In this document: positions 1-9,953 of the stretch, one piece after another | Layout of the letters: the number at the start of each line of letters is the position of its first letter | Position numbering within the stretch: the stretch's first letter is position 1 | Origin: a virus | Taxonomy: Duplodnaviria > Caudoviricetes | Direction: 5' to 3' (one strand) | Length of the DNA: 64,000 nucleotides | IMG/VR virus record: IMGVR_UViG_3300035498_000654 | Span: 1-64,000 of that record | The notes under the pieces: generated by a model | Databases searched by the model: none | Seen by the model: the letters and a program-made list of their open reading frames with translations, nothing else | Told to the model about the DNA's origin: nothing | Made by a program: the position numbers and the translations under genes

Positions 1-1
1 C

Positions 2-463
2 GACTTAGATTTTTTTAATGATAGAATAAACGACGATTTTTGTTATAATAAAGGATATTATAAATGGGTTAATGATGTACAATATTTACATATTGAAATT
101 GCACCACAACTATTAAGGATTATATGGGATGAAACAGAAAAAGAATTGTTAGAAAATGAAGATATGGATTTTATAATTTTTATATCTATGATTTCTACTT
201 GTGAAAGTTGGTTAATATTTGAAGGTACTTATCAATCTGAATATTATGATTATATATTAGATATAATACAAATAGATAATTATATATATGAGATGTATGA
301 TGACGAAGATTTTTATATCACAAAATTTAAATTTGATCCAAGGAATGACATTTTTTAGCCTCTTATGATGAATCTTGAAGAAGCAAATCAAATAGATGTA
401 AATGACATACATGATAATTCAGTAAAATTTGATTATACACATAAGAAATTTATATTTAATTAA
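2..463 (+). CDS. Hypothetical acidic protein, 5'-partial, reads through one TAG (356-358) to TAA at 461-463
   Basis: Frame is open from base 2; codons after the TAG (PLMMNLEEANQ...KFIFN) continue with normal usage and a terminator hairpin follows the TAA. Confidence 0.6.
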
Positions 464-466
464 TAA

Positions 467-502
467 GTAATGGATAACCTAAAAAGTTATCCATTATTTT
501 TA
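467..502 (+). terminator. Intrinsic terminator (ATGGATAAC...GTTATCCAT family)
   Basis: Inverted repeat atggataac/gttatccat followed by T-rich run; near-identical copies at 12839-12870 and 35820-35850. Confidence 0.7.
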
Positions 503-590
503 TACCATATATATTGGTTCACCAATTATATATTCAGACGCTTTATCTAACTGAATGCTATGTACGACCAATGATTCAATTTTAATTTTA

Positions 591-598
591 TATAAATA
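591..598 (+). promoter_or_regulatory. T4-like late promoter TATAAATA
   Basis: Exact TATAAATA about 30 nt upstream of ATG 628; same motif at 12163, 12878, 22876(-), 33906, 38675(-), 38696, 44249 upstream of putative virion genes. Confidence 0.6.
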
Positions 599-627
599 TC
601 TTATAATTTTATATTTAAATATAATAA

Positions 628-954
628 ATGGATCCAAAGAATAATAAAACAAGACAAATATATCACGGAGGACCAACTGTTAATAAAGCAGATGCAAATG
701 ATATATTTGATAATATAGATAATATTGATGCTGATAATTACCAAGAATTTGGTGATTTATATTCATCTATATAGGATGGTTCAGATGCATTTGAAAGTTA
801 TGATATTGCACCGAATCCAAATGGTTCTTTAGATGATGAAAATTTACGTATAGAAGCTATTCGGCAAGCAACTAATATTGCAAAATTAATTACAAATGTA
901 ACAGTTGCAGATGTTTTAGAAATAGCAAATACAGTTTATAATTATCTGAAGTAA
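628..954 (+). CDS. Hypothetical acidic protein (108 aa, one TAG=Gln at 772-774), paralog of the next gene
   Basis: Manual translation MDPKNNKTR...SSI*DGS...DENLRIEAIRQATNIAKLITNVTVADVLEIA; the post-TAG part matches DEQKLKIEALKLATNVGKLMNNVTPEDIVKIA of 981..1406. Confidence 0.8.
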
Positions 955-980
955 ATAATTAAATATAAGTTATTAAAGTT

Positions 981-1406
981 ATGAAATATAGTAGAATTAA
1001 TAGATTTAATACCAATATAACTAAACCTAAAAAAATAATGGTTATTAATGAAGATAAAGATTTCATTGATGAAGATGATGAATTTGTTGATGATATTGAT
1101 GAAGATGATGATTTCAATGAATCTTTGAATGAGGCTGATGGTGATAATGACGATAATGAACCAGAACCACCTATGGATGAACAAAAACTTAAAATCGAAG
1201 CCTTAAAACTTGCAACTAATGTTGGTAAATTAATGAATAATGTAACACCAGAAGATATTGTTAAAATTGCTGGTATGCTTGCAGAATTCATTAGAAATAA
1301 TCAAGATGGTAATATAAGTGATAATGCAACAGATGATTTTGCAGATGATTCAGAAGAGAATGAATCAAATGTACAAACAATTGATTCTGATGAAGACTTT
1401 GCATAA
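981..1406 (+). CDS. Hypothetical acidic protein (141 aa)
   Basis: ORF track; D/E-rich with a helical motif shared with 628..954. Confidence 0.8.
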   Translation: MKYSRINRFNTNITKPKKIMVINEDKDFIDEDDEFVDDIDEDDDFNESLNEADGDNDDNEPEPPMDEQKLKIEALKLATNVGKLMNNVTPEDIVKIAGMLAEFIRNNQDGNISDNATDDFADDSEENESNVQTIDSDEDFA

Positions 1407-1564
1407 TCATTAAAAGATATAGGCAGAGGTGAGACTTAATAGTATGCGAAAAAAGGTTGGAGCCTTTCACGAGGTTTGATATTACCTTCAGTGGCCGGAA
1501 GAAAGCTGAGCATACATGAACTGATAGTAGGAAACTCTCTCAAAGCCACCGATGCTTTTCTTAT

Positions 1565-1608
1565 AAAAAAGACTGGTGATCTTTGATCACCAGTCTTTTT
1601 TCTTTTTA
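1565..1608. terminator. Bidirectional intrinsic terminator
   Basis: aaaaagactggtgatc-ttt-gatcaccagtcttttt perfect hairpin with A and T tails between convergent genes. Confidence 0.8.
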
Positions 1609-1641
1609 TGGTTGAAATCCTCAACCTTAGTGTAAGATATG

Positions 1642-2148
1642 TTACTTAGACTTTTTGACAGATTTGTGAGCCTTAAATTTCTTATTATTTCGAGGTTCTT
1701 GATTGTTTGCTTGTCGTTTGACAATAATAGGTGTCAACAACCCATTTGAATCTGCTGATATATTAACATTTTCTTTTACCAATTCTTCAATAAAATTAGT
1801 ATCATAATTTCGAAGATAGTTTAGAACTGATAGATTAATATCATAATCTATAACATCAAATTTATCAGTAGATTCAATAAATTGAACTTTACGATCACGG
1901 TCTACCAAAATATATGCAGGCCATCCACAATACATTGCAGCGCCTACAAGAAGACCATATGCACCAGATTCTGTGAATTTCACATATTTACCAGATGCAT
2001 TCTTAACAGCGTACTTAATGTCTTTTTTCGCATTATCAAGCGGTGTTTTTGCTTGAAATGCTGGTTTTGATGATGTTCGAGCATTAAAGCTGTTAAACGA
2101 TTTGTTTGACTTACGTACTGTCGATTGAGAATTCTTATTTACATCCAT
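1642..2148 (-). CDS. Hypothetical basic protein (168 aa)
   Basis: ORF track; preceded by a TATCTTTG promoter element and followed by a terminator. Confidence 0.75.
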   Translation of the reverse strand: MDVNKNSQSTVRKSNKSFNSFNARTSSKPAFQAKTPLDNAKKDIKYAVKNASGKYVKFTESGAYGLLVGAAMYCGWPAYILVDRDRKVQFIESTDKFDVIDYDINLSVLNYLRNYDTNFIEELVKENVNISADSNGLLTPIIVKRQANNQEPRNNKKFKAHKSVKKSK

Positions 2149-2308
2149 AATGTTTATATTATTTTATTTTTAATTTTATTTTATTTTATTTTTTTAAATT
2201 AATAATAGATTCTATCATATACATCCTCATTGATCTTCTTTCTTAAAAATTGAATTTCATTACGAAAGTGTTATTTTATTTCTATAATTTTTATTTTTAA
2301 TTACAATA

Positions 2309-2316
2309 CAAAGATA
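2309..2316 (-). promoter_or_regulatory. Bacteroidota sigma-A -7 element TATCTTTG
   Basis: caaagata on + strand upstream of minus-strand gene starting 2148; matches TAnnTTTG consensus. Confidence 0.55.
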
Positions 2317-2382
2317 TATATTATTTTTGAATCTATAAAGTTTTTGGAGAGAATTTTTTAAGATTTAATAATTTTTAACAAA

Positions 2383-4623
2383 TTATTTTCTCTACCAATA
2401 TGGCAAACTCTAATTATATTTCTATGGTATACCATTATTATAATTATTATAGCCAGAATTATTGTTATTGCCTATTTGACTATATGTATTTTGCTGATAT
2501 TGTAATGGTCTATTAAAACTTTGATTAGCCATTGAAAAGAACCTCGAAAATTCCTCATCAGATACTGTTGGTTCTGTTTCCACATATGTCTATAACATAT
2601 ATCTTAATTCTTCTATCTTTGGTGTACTTGGTTGTTGTTCTAACCATTCTTCACACCACTGTTGAAATAATTCCTATTCATTGGCAATACTTACAAATAG
2701 ACAAGTTACCGATATATCATCATGTATACAGGTACCTTGATATTTGCCTTTTGCATTTTTACCAAATTGTTGTAATTGATGTAATGATGATATATTCTAA
2801 TGGTCATCATCATTCTATTGAATAACTATCTATAGATTATCCATCATTTTGGCACCTAATTCACAATAATAATTTTTACCTTTGGAACCACTAACTGTTT
2901 TAAATCCATAGTTTAGTTTATTAGCATCACCTCTTGGTGTCTTTATAAGAACTAAATCATAAAATCCGGGATGTGTTTTAAACTTATTAATCCAGTTTTT
3001 ACCATTAAAGTTCATTTCTACTAATACCCTTACATTATCAATATCACGATAACCTGTTTTGAATACTTGGAATGCAAGTTGTTTACATGCTTCTGCACAT
3101 TCTTCCTCGTCTTTATAATTGTCCATATAAAGACCAACTTGTCTATAACTCATTATATCCTGAATTTTGACAGTGTTTGAACCTTGTTGAAATTTCTTTT
3201 TTACTCTATTAGGTGATATTGTACTTAACTCAAATATATTAATAATGTTATAGTCAGCATCTTTCTTATTAGCAGAACCCTGTTCAATACCTTCGGCTGT
3301 ATCTATAACAAATAAGAAATGTTTGGTTAACATATCCTAATAGGTTAAATTACCAGGATCAAAATCAGGATGCCAGATTATTTTATCAGATATTGATTTA
3401 GGTACACCGTATAATTCTCTGGATACGAATTTCTTTTTTATTCTATTAGTAAAATTAATATAGTGTGCAGAAACTAATCGAGTTGTTGAACTTTCAAATG
3501 ACAATCCATATTCTCGATTGAACATCTCATCACCTAAGTCAAGTCTCTAAGCAGCCTCCCATTCTTTATCTCTACCCGGAACTTCCCACCAATCCACGCG
3601 TGTATTAATAAAATGATTGGTGCCATTTATAGATCCTTCATATAGATTATAGAATAGATTACCTTTACCACGGGGTGTACTGGACATAATAATCTATGCA
3701 CCACGGAATGATGACATAGTAGGATAGATAGATGCCCAGAATTCATTAATAATATTAGGAGCAATAACAGCAGCCTCATCCACATATAATAATTGTAAAG
3801 AATCACCAGTTGCTGGTGTTTTTGATGTAGCTGCACATTTTAAGAAACATCCATTCTCTAACTATAATTGCACCTTAGATAATCTAACTATACCTGGTTT
3901 TAAAAAAAATGGTAATCCTTCTAAAACTTCTTTAATCTTCTTAATGATTTCAATACCTGTATCTTTCTTATTGGCTACAACTAACATATTCCTATTATCA
4001 TGGAATATCATATACCAACAAAAATAAGCTGCAGTTGTTGTAGTATTATGTGAACATATACCATTAGTATAATAAGAATGATCTCTATCTAATGATATAT
4101 CAAACATATATTCCTTTCTATTAAGTTTCTTTATTGATTTAATAAAAGAACTGAATTTTTCACATACTACTAAGGTTCCTCTATAACAATCTGATATTCT
4201 CTGCCATCCATATTCTGTTAATATAAGATGCCAATCAGCAGCTCTTAGTTTATAACCATTATATAAAGTAATTTCATATACATCATAAGGAATAGTTCTT
4301 AATATGGAATGTGTTGAATTTTCTTTATTATTAAGAGCTTTAACTTTTAGATTATTCTATAAGTATATTTCCTATATGAATTTTTCAGGGAAACTATCAG
4401 CTTGCGTATATGGTGTATTACTTATATCATAATTAGTATCGGATAAACAAGAACCTGATTTATCTCTATATTGGAATGATAATGTTTCCAAAAAGAATAT
4501 TAATTTATATAATAATGAAAAATGTACTTTATAATTTAAACAATAAAGTTTATAAATCAAAATCTCTAATAGACTTGGATTCTCTAAGTTATTGAAATAT
4601 AATTTAAAAGCTGGAATTTTCAT
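2383..4623 (-). CDS. terL: Terminase large subunit C-terminal fragment (gp17-like) with N-terminal split-intein C-fragment; 746 codons with 14 TAG=Gln
   Basis: One frame across TAGs: ...NGICSHN|TTTTAAYFCWY, Walker B LLYVDEAA, IIMSSTPRGKGN, VDWWEVPGRD, FNREYGLSF, nuclease VIDTAEG and HDD; ends TAA at 2383-2385. The RQxGK N-extein is absent. Confidence 0.9.
4045..4623 (-). other. Split intein C-fragment (193 aa) of TerL
   Basis: Block B-like YKLRAADWH, block F MFDISL, block G YYTNGICSHN followed by Thr +1; no Cys1 linked to a GK extein. Confidence 0.8.
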
Positions 4624-4698
4624 GATGAAATATTTATTATGAAAAAGACAAACGAAATAAAGTATACTATAATTATTAAACTTAAGATAATATAAAAT

Positions 4699-5013
4699 AT
4701 GGCTAAAAAGAAAACAACATTAACTGATTCAGCTTCACTACCCAGTGTATTTGATATGGTTAAAAAAATTGATGATACAGCAGAAATTATTGCTGAATCT
4801 GCATATTCAAATATTAAGGATTGGATTCCTTCTGGTAATTATATTCTAAATGCATGCATGTCTGGTGATTTGTTTAAGGCTATACCCGCAGGTAGAGTGA
4901 CTACATTTTATGGGCCATCATCATGTTTGCCAAAAAATGAGAAAGTTAAGATATATGTTCTTAAAAATAAAACAAAACATCATAATGTACATGATGAATC
5001 TAAATCACTTTAA
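4699..5013 (+). CDS. uvsX: UvsX/RecA N-terminal fragment (75 aa) plus split-intein N-fragment (29 aa, Cys76 onward)
   Basis: IPSGNYILNACMSG...IPAGRVTTFYGPSS|CLPKNEKVKIYV, then TAA (a true stop in code 15). Confidence 0.9.
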   Translation: MAKKKTTLTDSASLPSVFDMVKKIDDTAEIIAESAYSNIKDWIPSGNYILNACMSGDLFKAIPAGRVTTFYGPSSCLPKNEKVKIYVLKNKTKHHNVHDESKSL

Positions 5014-5032
5014 AAATTAAGATATTATAATT

Positions 5033-6634
5033 ATGTTAGCAAGAAATACAATAATTGAAGATTTAAAAAATTATTATACAGATATTGAATTTAAAAATTT
5101 GTCTCATTATTCATATGATGAGATTAATGATAATGATTTAATATCTTTTTATAATAATCATTGTGATAAACATGCAATTGAAGTATCAGTATCTGAATTA
5201 TCAGAGAAATATAAAGATACATTATTTTTAATGTCAACACCTGATGGTTATCAAGATGTTAATGATTTATATATTAAAGGACCATTTGAAAATTTTTATG
5301 TTATAAAAACAATATCAAATAATATTGAATGTGCTGAACAACATTATATAGAAACTAATAATGGTTGGAAATATGTAAATGAATTAAAAATTGGAGATAA
5401 CATATTAACTATTAATGGTTATCAGCCAGTAATTGATATTATTGTTAATAAACGAAATGAATTAGCATATGACTGGGAAATCGATCATACAAATCATAGA
5501 TATTGGGCTGGTAGTGGTATTTCAAATCATAATACTGGTAAAACATTTCTTGCATGCTCATGTGCTCGTGAAGCTCAACATATGGGATATACAGTAATCT
5601 ATATGGATTCTGAAGGTGCAATTGATGCAAAATTTGTTTCTCGACTTGGTGTTGATCCTGAAAAACTTATTATTAAACAAGTTTCTACCATTGCTGAAAC
5701 ATCACAGTTTATTGCCAATATATGTAAAAGTCTACAAGAACAAGAAGATAATTATGGTACACATCAAAAAGTAATGTTTGTTCTTGATTCTCTTGGTAAC
5801 TTAACATCTGATAAGGAAAGAGATGATACAATGGCTGGTAATAATAAACGAGATATGACCAAAGCTCAGGAACTTAAAGCATTATTCCGTGTTAATGCGA
5901 CTCCTTTGGCAAGATTACAGGTTCCGTTGCTGTGCAATAATCATTCGTACGCAACGCTCGGTAGTTATGTACCTATGCAAACTATGTCGGGTGGCACAGG
6001 TTTGGTTTATAATAGTAGTGTCACTATAGAGCTTTCAGCAGCCAAATTGGAAGATAAAGAGAATGATAAGGCTGCAGCAGCAAAAACTGGATCTGAAGCA
6101 GGTACAAAAACAGGTGTACTTATTACAGCAAAACCTGTTAAGTCCCGTTTCTGTCGTCCTATGAAAGTTAAATTCCAAATTCCTTATTATAAGAAACCTA
6201 ATCCTTATGCAGGTTTGGAACAATTTATGTCATGGGAGAATTCTGGTGTTTGCCGTGGTAATGTATTGTCAGAAAAAGAATATTTGAAACTTTCAGAATC
6301 TGATAAGAAGAAAGTTTATCCATTTGAATTTAATGGAGAAACCAGATATTGTTTGCCTAAAGATACAGCTCGTGGTATTGTTGTCAAACATCTTGGTGAA
6401 GCTGTACCTATTATCGATTTCTTTACTGATCGTGTATTTACACCTGAATTCTTACAATATTTAAATGAAAATGTAATTAAGCCAATGTTCTCATTGCCTG
6501 ATCAATCAGCATTTGATGATATTAAGGATATTGAAGAATCTTTGGAACTTGGTGATGATATTGGTTCTGAAGCACTTATACAATCAACAGATACTGCATC
6601 TCCAGCGGTTGATAATCCTACTACAGAAATTTAA
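5033..6634 (+). CDS. uvsX: UvsX/RecA C-terminal fragment with split-intein C-fragment (167 aa)
   Basis: STPDGY, IECAEQHYI (block B), YDWEI, GISNHN|TGKTFLAC, then YMDSEGA, FVLDSLGNL, SGGTGLVYNSS RecA motifs. Confidence 0.9.
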   Translation: MLARNTIIEDLKNYYTDIEFKNLSHYSYDEINDNDLISFYNNHCDKHAIEVSVSELSEKYKDTLFLMSTPDGYQDVNDLYIKGPFENFYVIKTISNNIECAEQHYIETNNGWKYVNELKIGDNILTINGYQPVIDIIVNKRNELAYDWEIDHTNHRYWAGSGISNHNTGKTFLACSCAREAQHMGYTVIYMDSEGAIDAKFVSRLGVDPEKLIIKQVSTIAETSQFIANICKSLQEQEDNYGTHQKVMFVLDSLGNLTSDKERDDTMAGNNKRDMTKAQELKALFRVNATPLARLQVPLLCNNHSYATLGSYVPMQTMSGGTGLVYNSSVTIELSAAKLEDKENDKAAAAKTGSEAGTKTGVLITAKPVKSRFCRPMKVKFQIPYYKKPNPYAGLEQFMSWENSGVCRGNVLSEKEYLKLSESDKKKVYPFEFNGETRYCLPKDTARGIVVKHLGEAVPIIDFFTDRVFTPEFLQYLNENVIKPMFSLPDQSAFDDIKDIEESLELGDDIGSEALIQSTDTASPAVDNPTTEI

Positions 6635-6671
6635 CAACATATTTTAGACATATCTTAATTTTTATTCTATA

Positions 6672-6718
6672 ATAAAGTGGTGAAATAATAGATTGATATT
6701 AATCACCACTTTATTTTT
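6672..6718 (+). terminator. Intrinsic terminator
   Basis: aaagtggtga...tcaccacttt followed by T run, downstream of uvsX. Confidence 0.7.
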
Positions 6719-6794
6719 TATACAATTTTTAACATTTAATATTTTCATAATTAAAAAATTTTATATAACTTCGTGTTATCAAAATTAATTAAAA

Positions 6795-7991
6795 ATGATT
6801 GACTACCCTTATAAACTGATTAAAAATACAGAAGTTCTGTATTCTCTGGATGATGTTTGCATCATCCCTGCTTGTACATCGCATGTTGAACATCGTAGTT
6901 CTATTGATGTATATCATATTTCTGATAGGTATACAAATGATCCTTCAGGAAAACACTTACCGATTTTTGCATCTCCAATGTCAAGCACAGTTAATATACA
7001 TAATTATGAATATTATAAAAAATTTGGGATTATTCCTATTATACCTCGTTCAGAATCATTGAATGCTCGTGTTCATTGTATGCGTGAGGGAGAATGGATA
7101 GCAGTGTCACTATCTGAATTTAAAGAGATGTTCATGGGACCAAATGCTTGGGGTTATGAAAAGGCATATAAGAATAAATGTAGAGTGCTAATTGATATAG
7201 CAAACGGTCACATGTTAAAACTTCTTACATATGTAAGAGAAGGGAAATATACAGCATCGACAAAAGGTGTTGACTTGGTTTTAATGGTTGGTAATGTTGC
7301 TAATCCTTATACATATCGTGAACTTGCATTGGCTGGTGCTGACTTTGTAAGATGCTCAATTGGTTCAGGTTCATTATGTACAACAAGTGTGCATACAAAA
7401 TGTCATTATCCAATGGCATCATTAATTGATAAATGTGCGGCAATTAAAGATGCTGAAGATTTAAAATGTGAGATTATTGCAGACGGTGGTATCAATACAT
7501 ATGATCGTGCTATTGGTGCACTTGCGCTTGGAGCTGATTATGTAATGATTGGAACCGCATTTTCAAAAGCACTTGAATCAGCAGCACCTATTACCAGAGA
7601 CAAAGATCTGCCTTGGTTTAAAAAATTGTTTATGCATTGGTATTATACAGAACTTGAAAAAATGTCAACCGATGATTTGGAACAATTGATTAATTTGGAT
7701 GATGCTGATAAACGAAAAATTATTAAAACTGGTGGATTTCATAAAACAATCTTTGGTATGTCTACCAGACTTGCACAGAAACAAATTGATCCAAATGCTA
7801 AGCAGAAAACAAGTGAAGGATGTGTTCGTGAAGTAAAAGTTGAATATACACTTGGGCAATGGGTTGAAAACTTTATAGATTACCTACGTTCTATTATGTC
7901 ATATTGTGATTCTTTTGCACTATCAGATTTTATTGGTAATGTAAATGTAAAAGTCATGAGTCAGAATGCATATAATGCATATATGAAGTAA
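6795..7991 (+). CDS. IMP dehydrogenase / GMP reductase family protein
   Basis: DIANGH, GNVAN, IGSGSLCTT (catalytic Cys loop), ADGGI, ALGADYVMIG motifs. Confidence 0.85.
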   Translation: MIDYPYKLIKNTEVLYSLDDVCIIPACTSHVEHRSSIDVYHISDRYTNDPSGKHLPIFASPMSSTVNIHNYEYYKKFGIIPIIPRSESLNARVHCMREGEWIAVSLSEFKEMFMGPNAWGYEKAYKNKCRVLIDIANGHMLKLLTYVREGKYTASTKGVDLVLMVGNVANPYTYRELALAGADFVRCSIGSGSLCTTSVHTKCHYPMASLIDKCAAIKDAEDLKCEIIADGGINTYDRAIGALALGADYVMIGTAFSKALESAAPITRDKDLPWFKKLFMHWYYTELEKMSTDDLEQLINLDDADKRKIIKTGGFHKTIFGMSTRLAQKQIDPNAKQKTSEGCVREVKVEYTLGQWVENFIDYLRSIMSYCDSFALSDFIGNVNVKVMSQNAYNAYMK

Positions 7992-8027
7992 TAATAGACA
8001 AATGTTATACAGCAAACTATAATATAT

Positions 8028-8720
8028 ATGAATAATAAATCAGATTTTCAAAAGTTTTTGATGTCAACTAAGAACATTGGTTCTAATATGGCATCACAAT
8101 TGATTTCAAATCAAAATAATAAAATTAAAACAACAATGGGATTTGTCAATCCTGCTATTATTGAGGAACGACAACTTAATGTTGCAGTTATGGATGTATT
8201 TTCACGATTGATGATGGACCGTATTATTTTTCTTGGTTCAGAAATTGATGATTATACAGCTAATGTAATTCAAGCACAACTTCTTTATTTGGATTCTACA
8301 GAGCCTGGTAAAGATATTTCAATTTATATTAATTCACCTGGCGGGCTTGTTTATTCAGGTCTTGGAATTTATGATACCATGCAATATATTACAAGTGATG
8401 TATCAACAATTTGTACAGGATTGGCTGCATCAATGGCAAGTGTTCTTTTGTGTGCTGGTACACCAGGTAAACGATTTGCACTTCCACATTCACGAGTAAT
8501 GATTCATCAACCTATGGGAGGATGTTCAGGTCAAGAATCAGATATTGCAATTGAAGCAAGAGAGATTGGTAAACTAAAGAAAGAACTTTATAACATCATT
8601 TCACAACATTCTGGTAAGCCTTTTGCGACTATTAAGAAAGATGCAGACCGTGATTATTGGATGATTGCATCAGAGGCTAAAGATTATGGTATGATTGATG
8701 ATGTTCTTATTAAACAATAA
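8028..8720 (+). CDS. clpP: ClpP protease proteolytic subunit
   Basis: [30 protein letters not shown] (Ser nucleophile), MIHQP, DRDYWM. Confidence 0.95.
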   Translation: MNNKSDFQKFLMSTKNIGSNMASQLISNQNNKIKTTMGFVNPAIIEERQLNVAVMDVFSRLMMDRIIFLGSEIDDYTANVIQAQLLYLDSTEPGKDISIYINSPGGLVYSGLGIYDTMQYITSDVSTICTGLAASMASVLLCAGTPGKRFALPHSRVMIHQPMGGCSGQESDIAIEAREIGKLKKELYNIISQHSGKPFATIKKDADRDYWMIASEAKDYGMIDDVLIKQ

Positions 8721-8741
8721 TCTAAAATAAAAGGAAAATAT

Positions 8742-9953
8742 ATGGCAACAATAGAATTCGCTGAAAATTCAAAATATAAACAACAAATAGACTTTATTAT
8801 AAAGGAATTGACAAATTCTGCACGTTCACAAGGAAATGGTATAAGTAGTATTCGTGATTATTTGTTTAATCTTTATATTAAGCTATTTGATAAAGTACCT
8901 AATTATATTAATCTCAGTTATTGTGATTATTTCTGTAATGGTGAACTTGAAAAGAAAGAACGAAATGAACGTTTTAATATCAACAATGGTATAATTGATT
9001 TTAATAATACTATTGAAAAAGAAGATGGCAGTATTTCAACATTCAAGGATGATATTGCTGAACAGCAATCATACAAAAAATTCATAGAATCCTATGATGA
9101 TGATGATATTGCAGTATATCGATATGATGAATATCCAGTGATTATACTTGGTAAATATGAATCTATTATATTTTATTATGATAATAGTATTGTATCATAT
9201 ACACCATTGACAACGCTTCCTCAATATATTGTTGATAATACAGTAATGTATTCTGAAGATGATGAAAATAATCGTTTTTTCTCATATGTTGTATATGGTC
9301 AAAGAGGATTTAATACAACAGATCTTCCTATCAAGAAATACGATATAGATTTGGAAACCAATTATAACGATGATCTTCCACATGACGCAATTGTTGAATG
9401 GATTAAAACAGGAAAATCTGGTATCTGTATTTTGAATGGCCAACCTGGAACAGGAAAAACACATTATATTCGTAATCTAATGTGGGAATGTCCAGATACA
9501 GAATTTATGATTTTGAATGCAAGCTGTTTTGATGCAATTAATGATTCATCATTTATAGAGATGATTCTTGATAATAAGAATTCTGTGGTTATACTTGAAG
9601 ATTGCGAAGATTTGCTGACAGACCGTATGGGTAATAATTCTCGTATTGGTACATTGCTTAATATATCAGAAGGCATTCTTGGTGATGCACTTAAACTTAG
9701 GTTTATTTGTACATTTAATGCATCTATTACTAAGATTGATAGTGCAGTTATACGTAAAGGACGAACACATATTAAATATGAATTTAAGCCACTTAATTAT
9801 GATAAAGCTCAAAAATTGGCTGAAAAACTAAATGTAGTTCTACCTGAAAAGAAGAATGCCCAACAACTTGGTTATACACTTGCAGAAATTTATAATGCAG
9901 ATAATAACTTGGTTGATGATAATACAACAAAACAACTTGGTTTTAAACGATAA
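8742..9953 (+). CDS. AAA+ ATPase
   Basis: Walker A GQPGTGKT, Walker B VILEDCE, sensor ICTFN and arginine finger IDSAVIRKGR. Confidence 0.85.
   Translation: MATIEFAENSKYKQQIDFIIKELTNSARSQGNGISSIRDYLFNLYIKLFDKVPNYINLSYCDYFCNGELEKKERNERFNINNGIIDFNNTIEKEDGSISTFKDDIAEQQSYKKFIESYDDDDIAVYRYDEYPVIILGKYESIIFYYDNSIVSYTPLTTLPQYIVDNTVMYSEDDENNRFFSYVVYGQRGFNTTDLPIKKYDIDLETNYNDDLPHDAIVEWIKTGKSGICILNGQPGTGKTHYIRNLMWECPDTEFMILNASCFDAINDSSFIEMILDNKNSVVILEDCEDLLTDRMGNNSRIGTLLNISEGILGDALKLRFICTFNASITKIDSAVIRKGRTHIKYEFKPLNYDKAQKLAEKLNVVLPEKKNAQQLGYTLAEIYNADNNLVDDNTTKQLGFKR

Noticed and set aside
942-1291. Hydrophobic or Ser-rich minus-strand ORFs
   Set aside because: Antisense readouts of GAT/GAA-rich acidic coding sequence; the same applies to shadows at 43287-43875.
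3601-3612. 12-nt match of the 10886 guide to terL
   Set aside because: Short and nearly all A/T; expected by chance in this genome.
4420-4460. GSCLSDT inside the TerL fragment as a cis-intein start
   Set aside because: Preceding residues (RDKSGS) are not a terminase RQxGK and the upstream 58 aa are not terminase-like. The upstream in-frame CLFHNK (about 4633-4650) also lacks a GK extein and lies in the promoter spacer.
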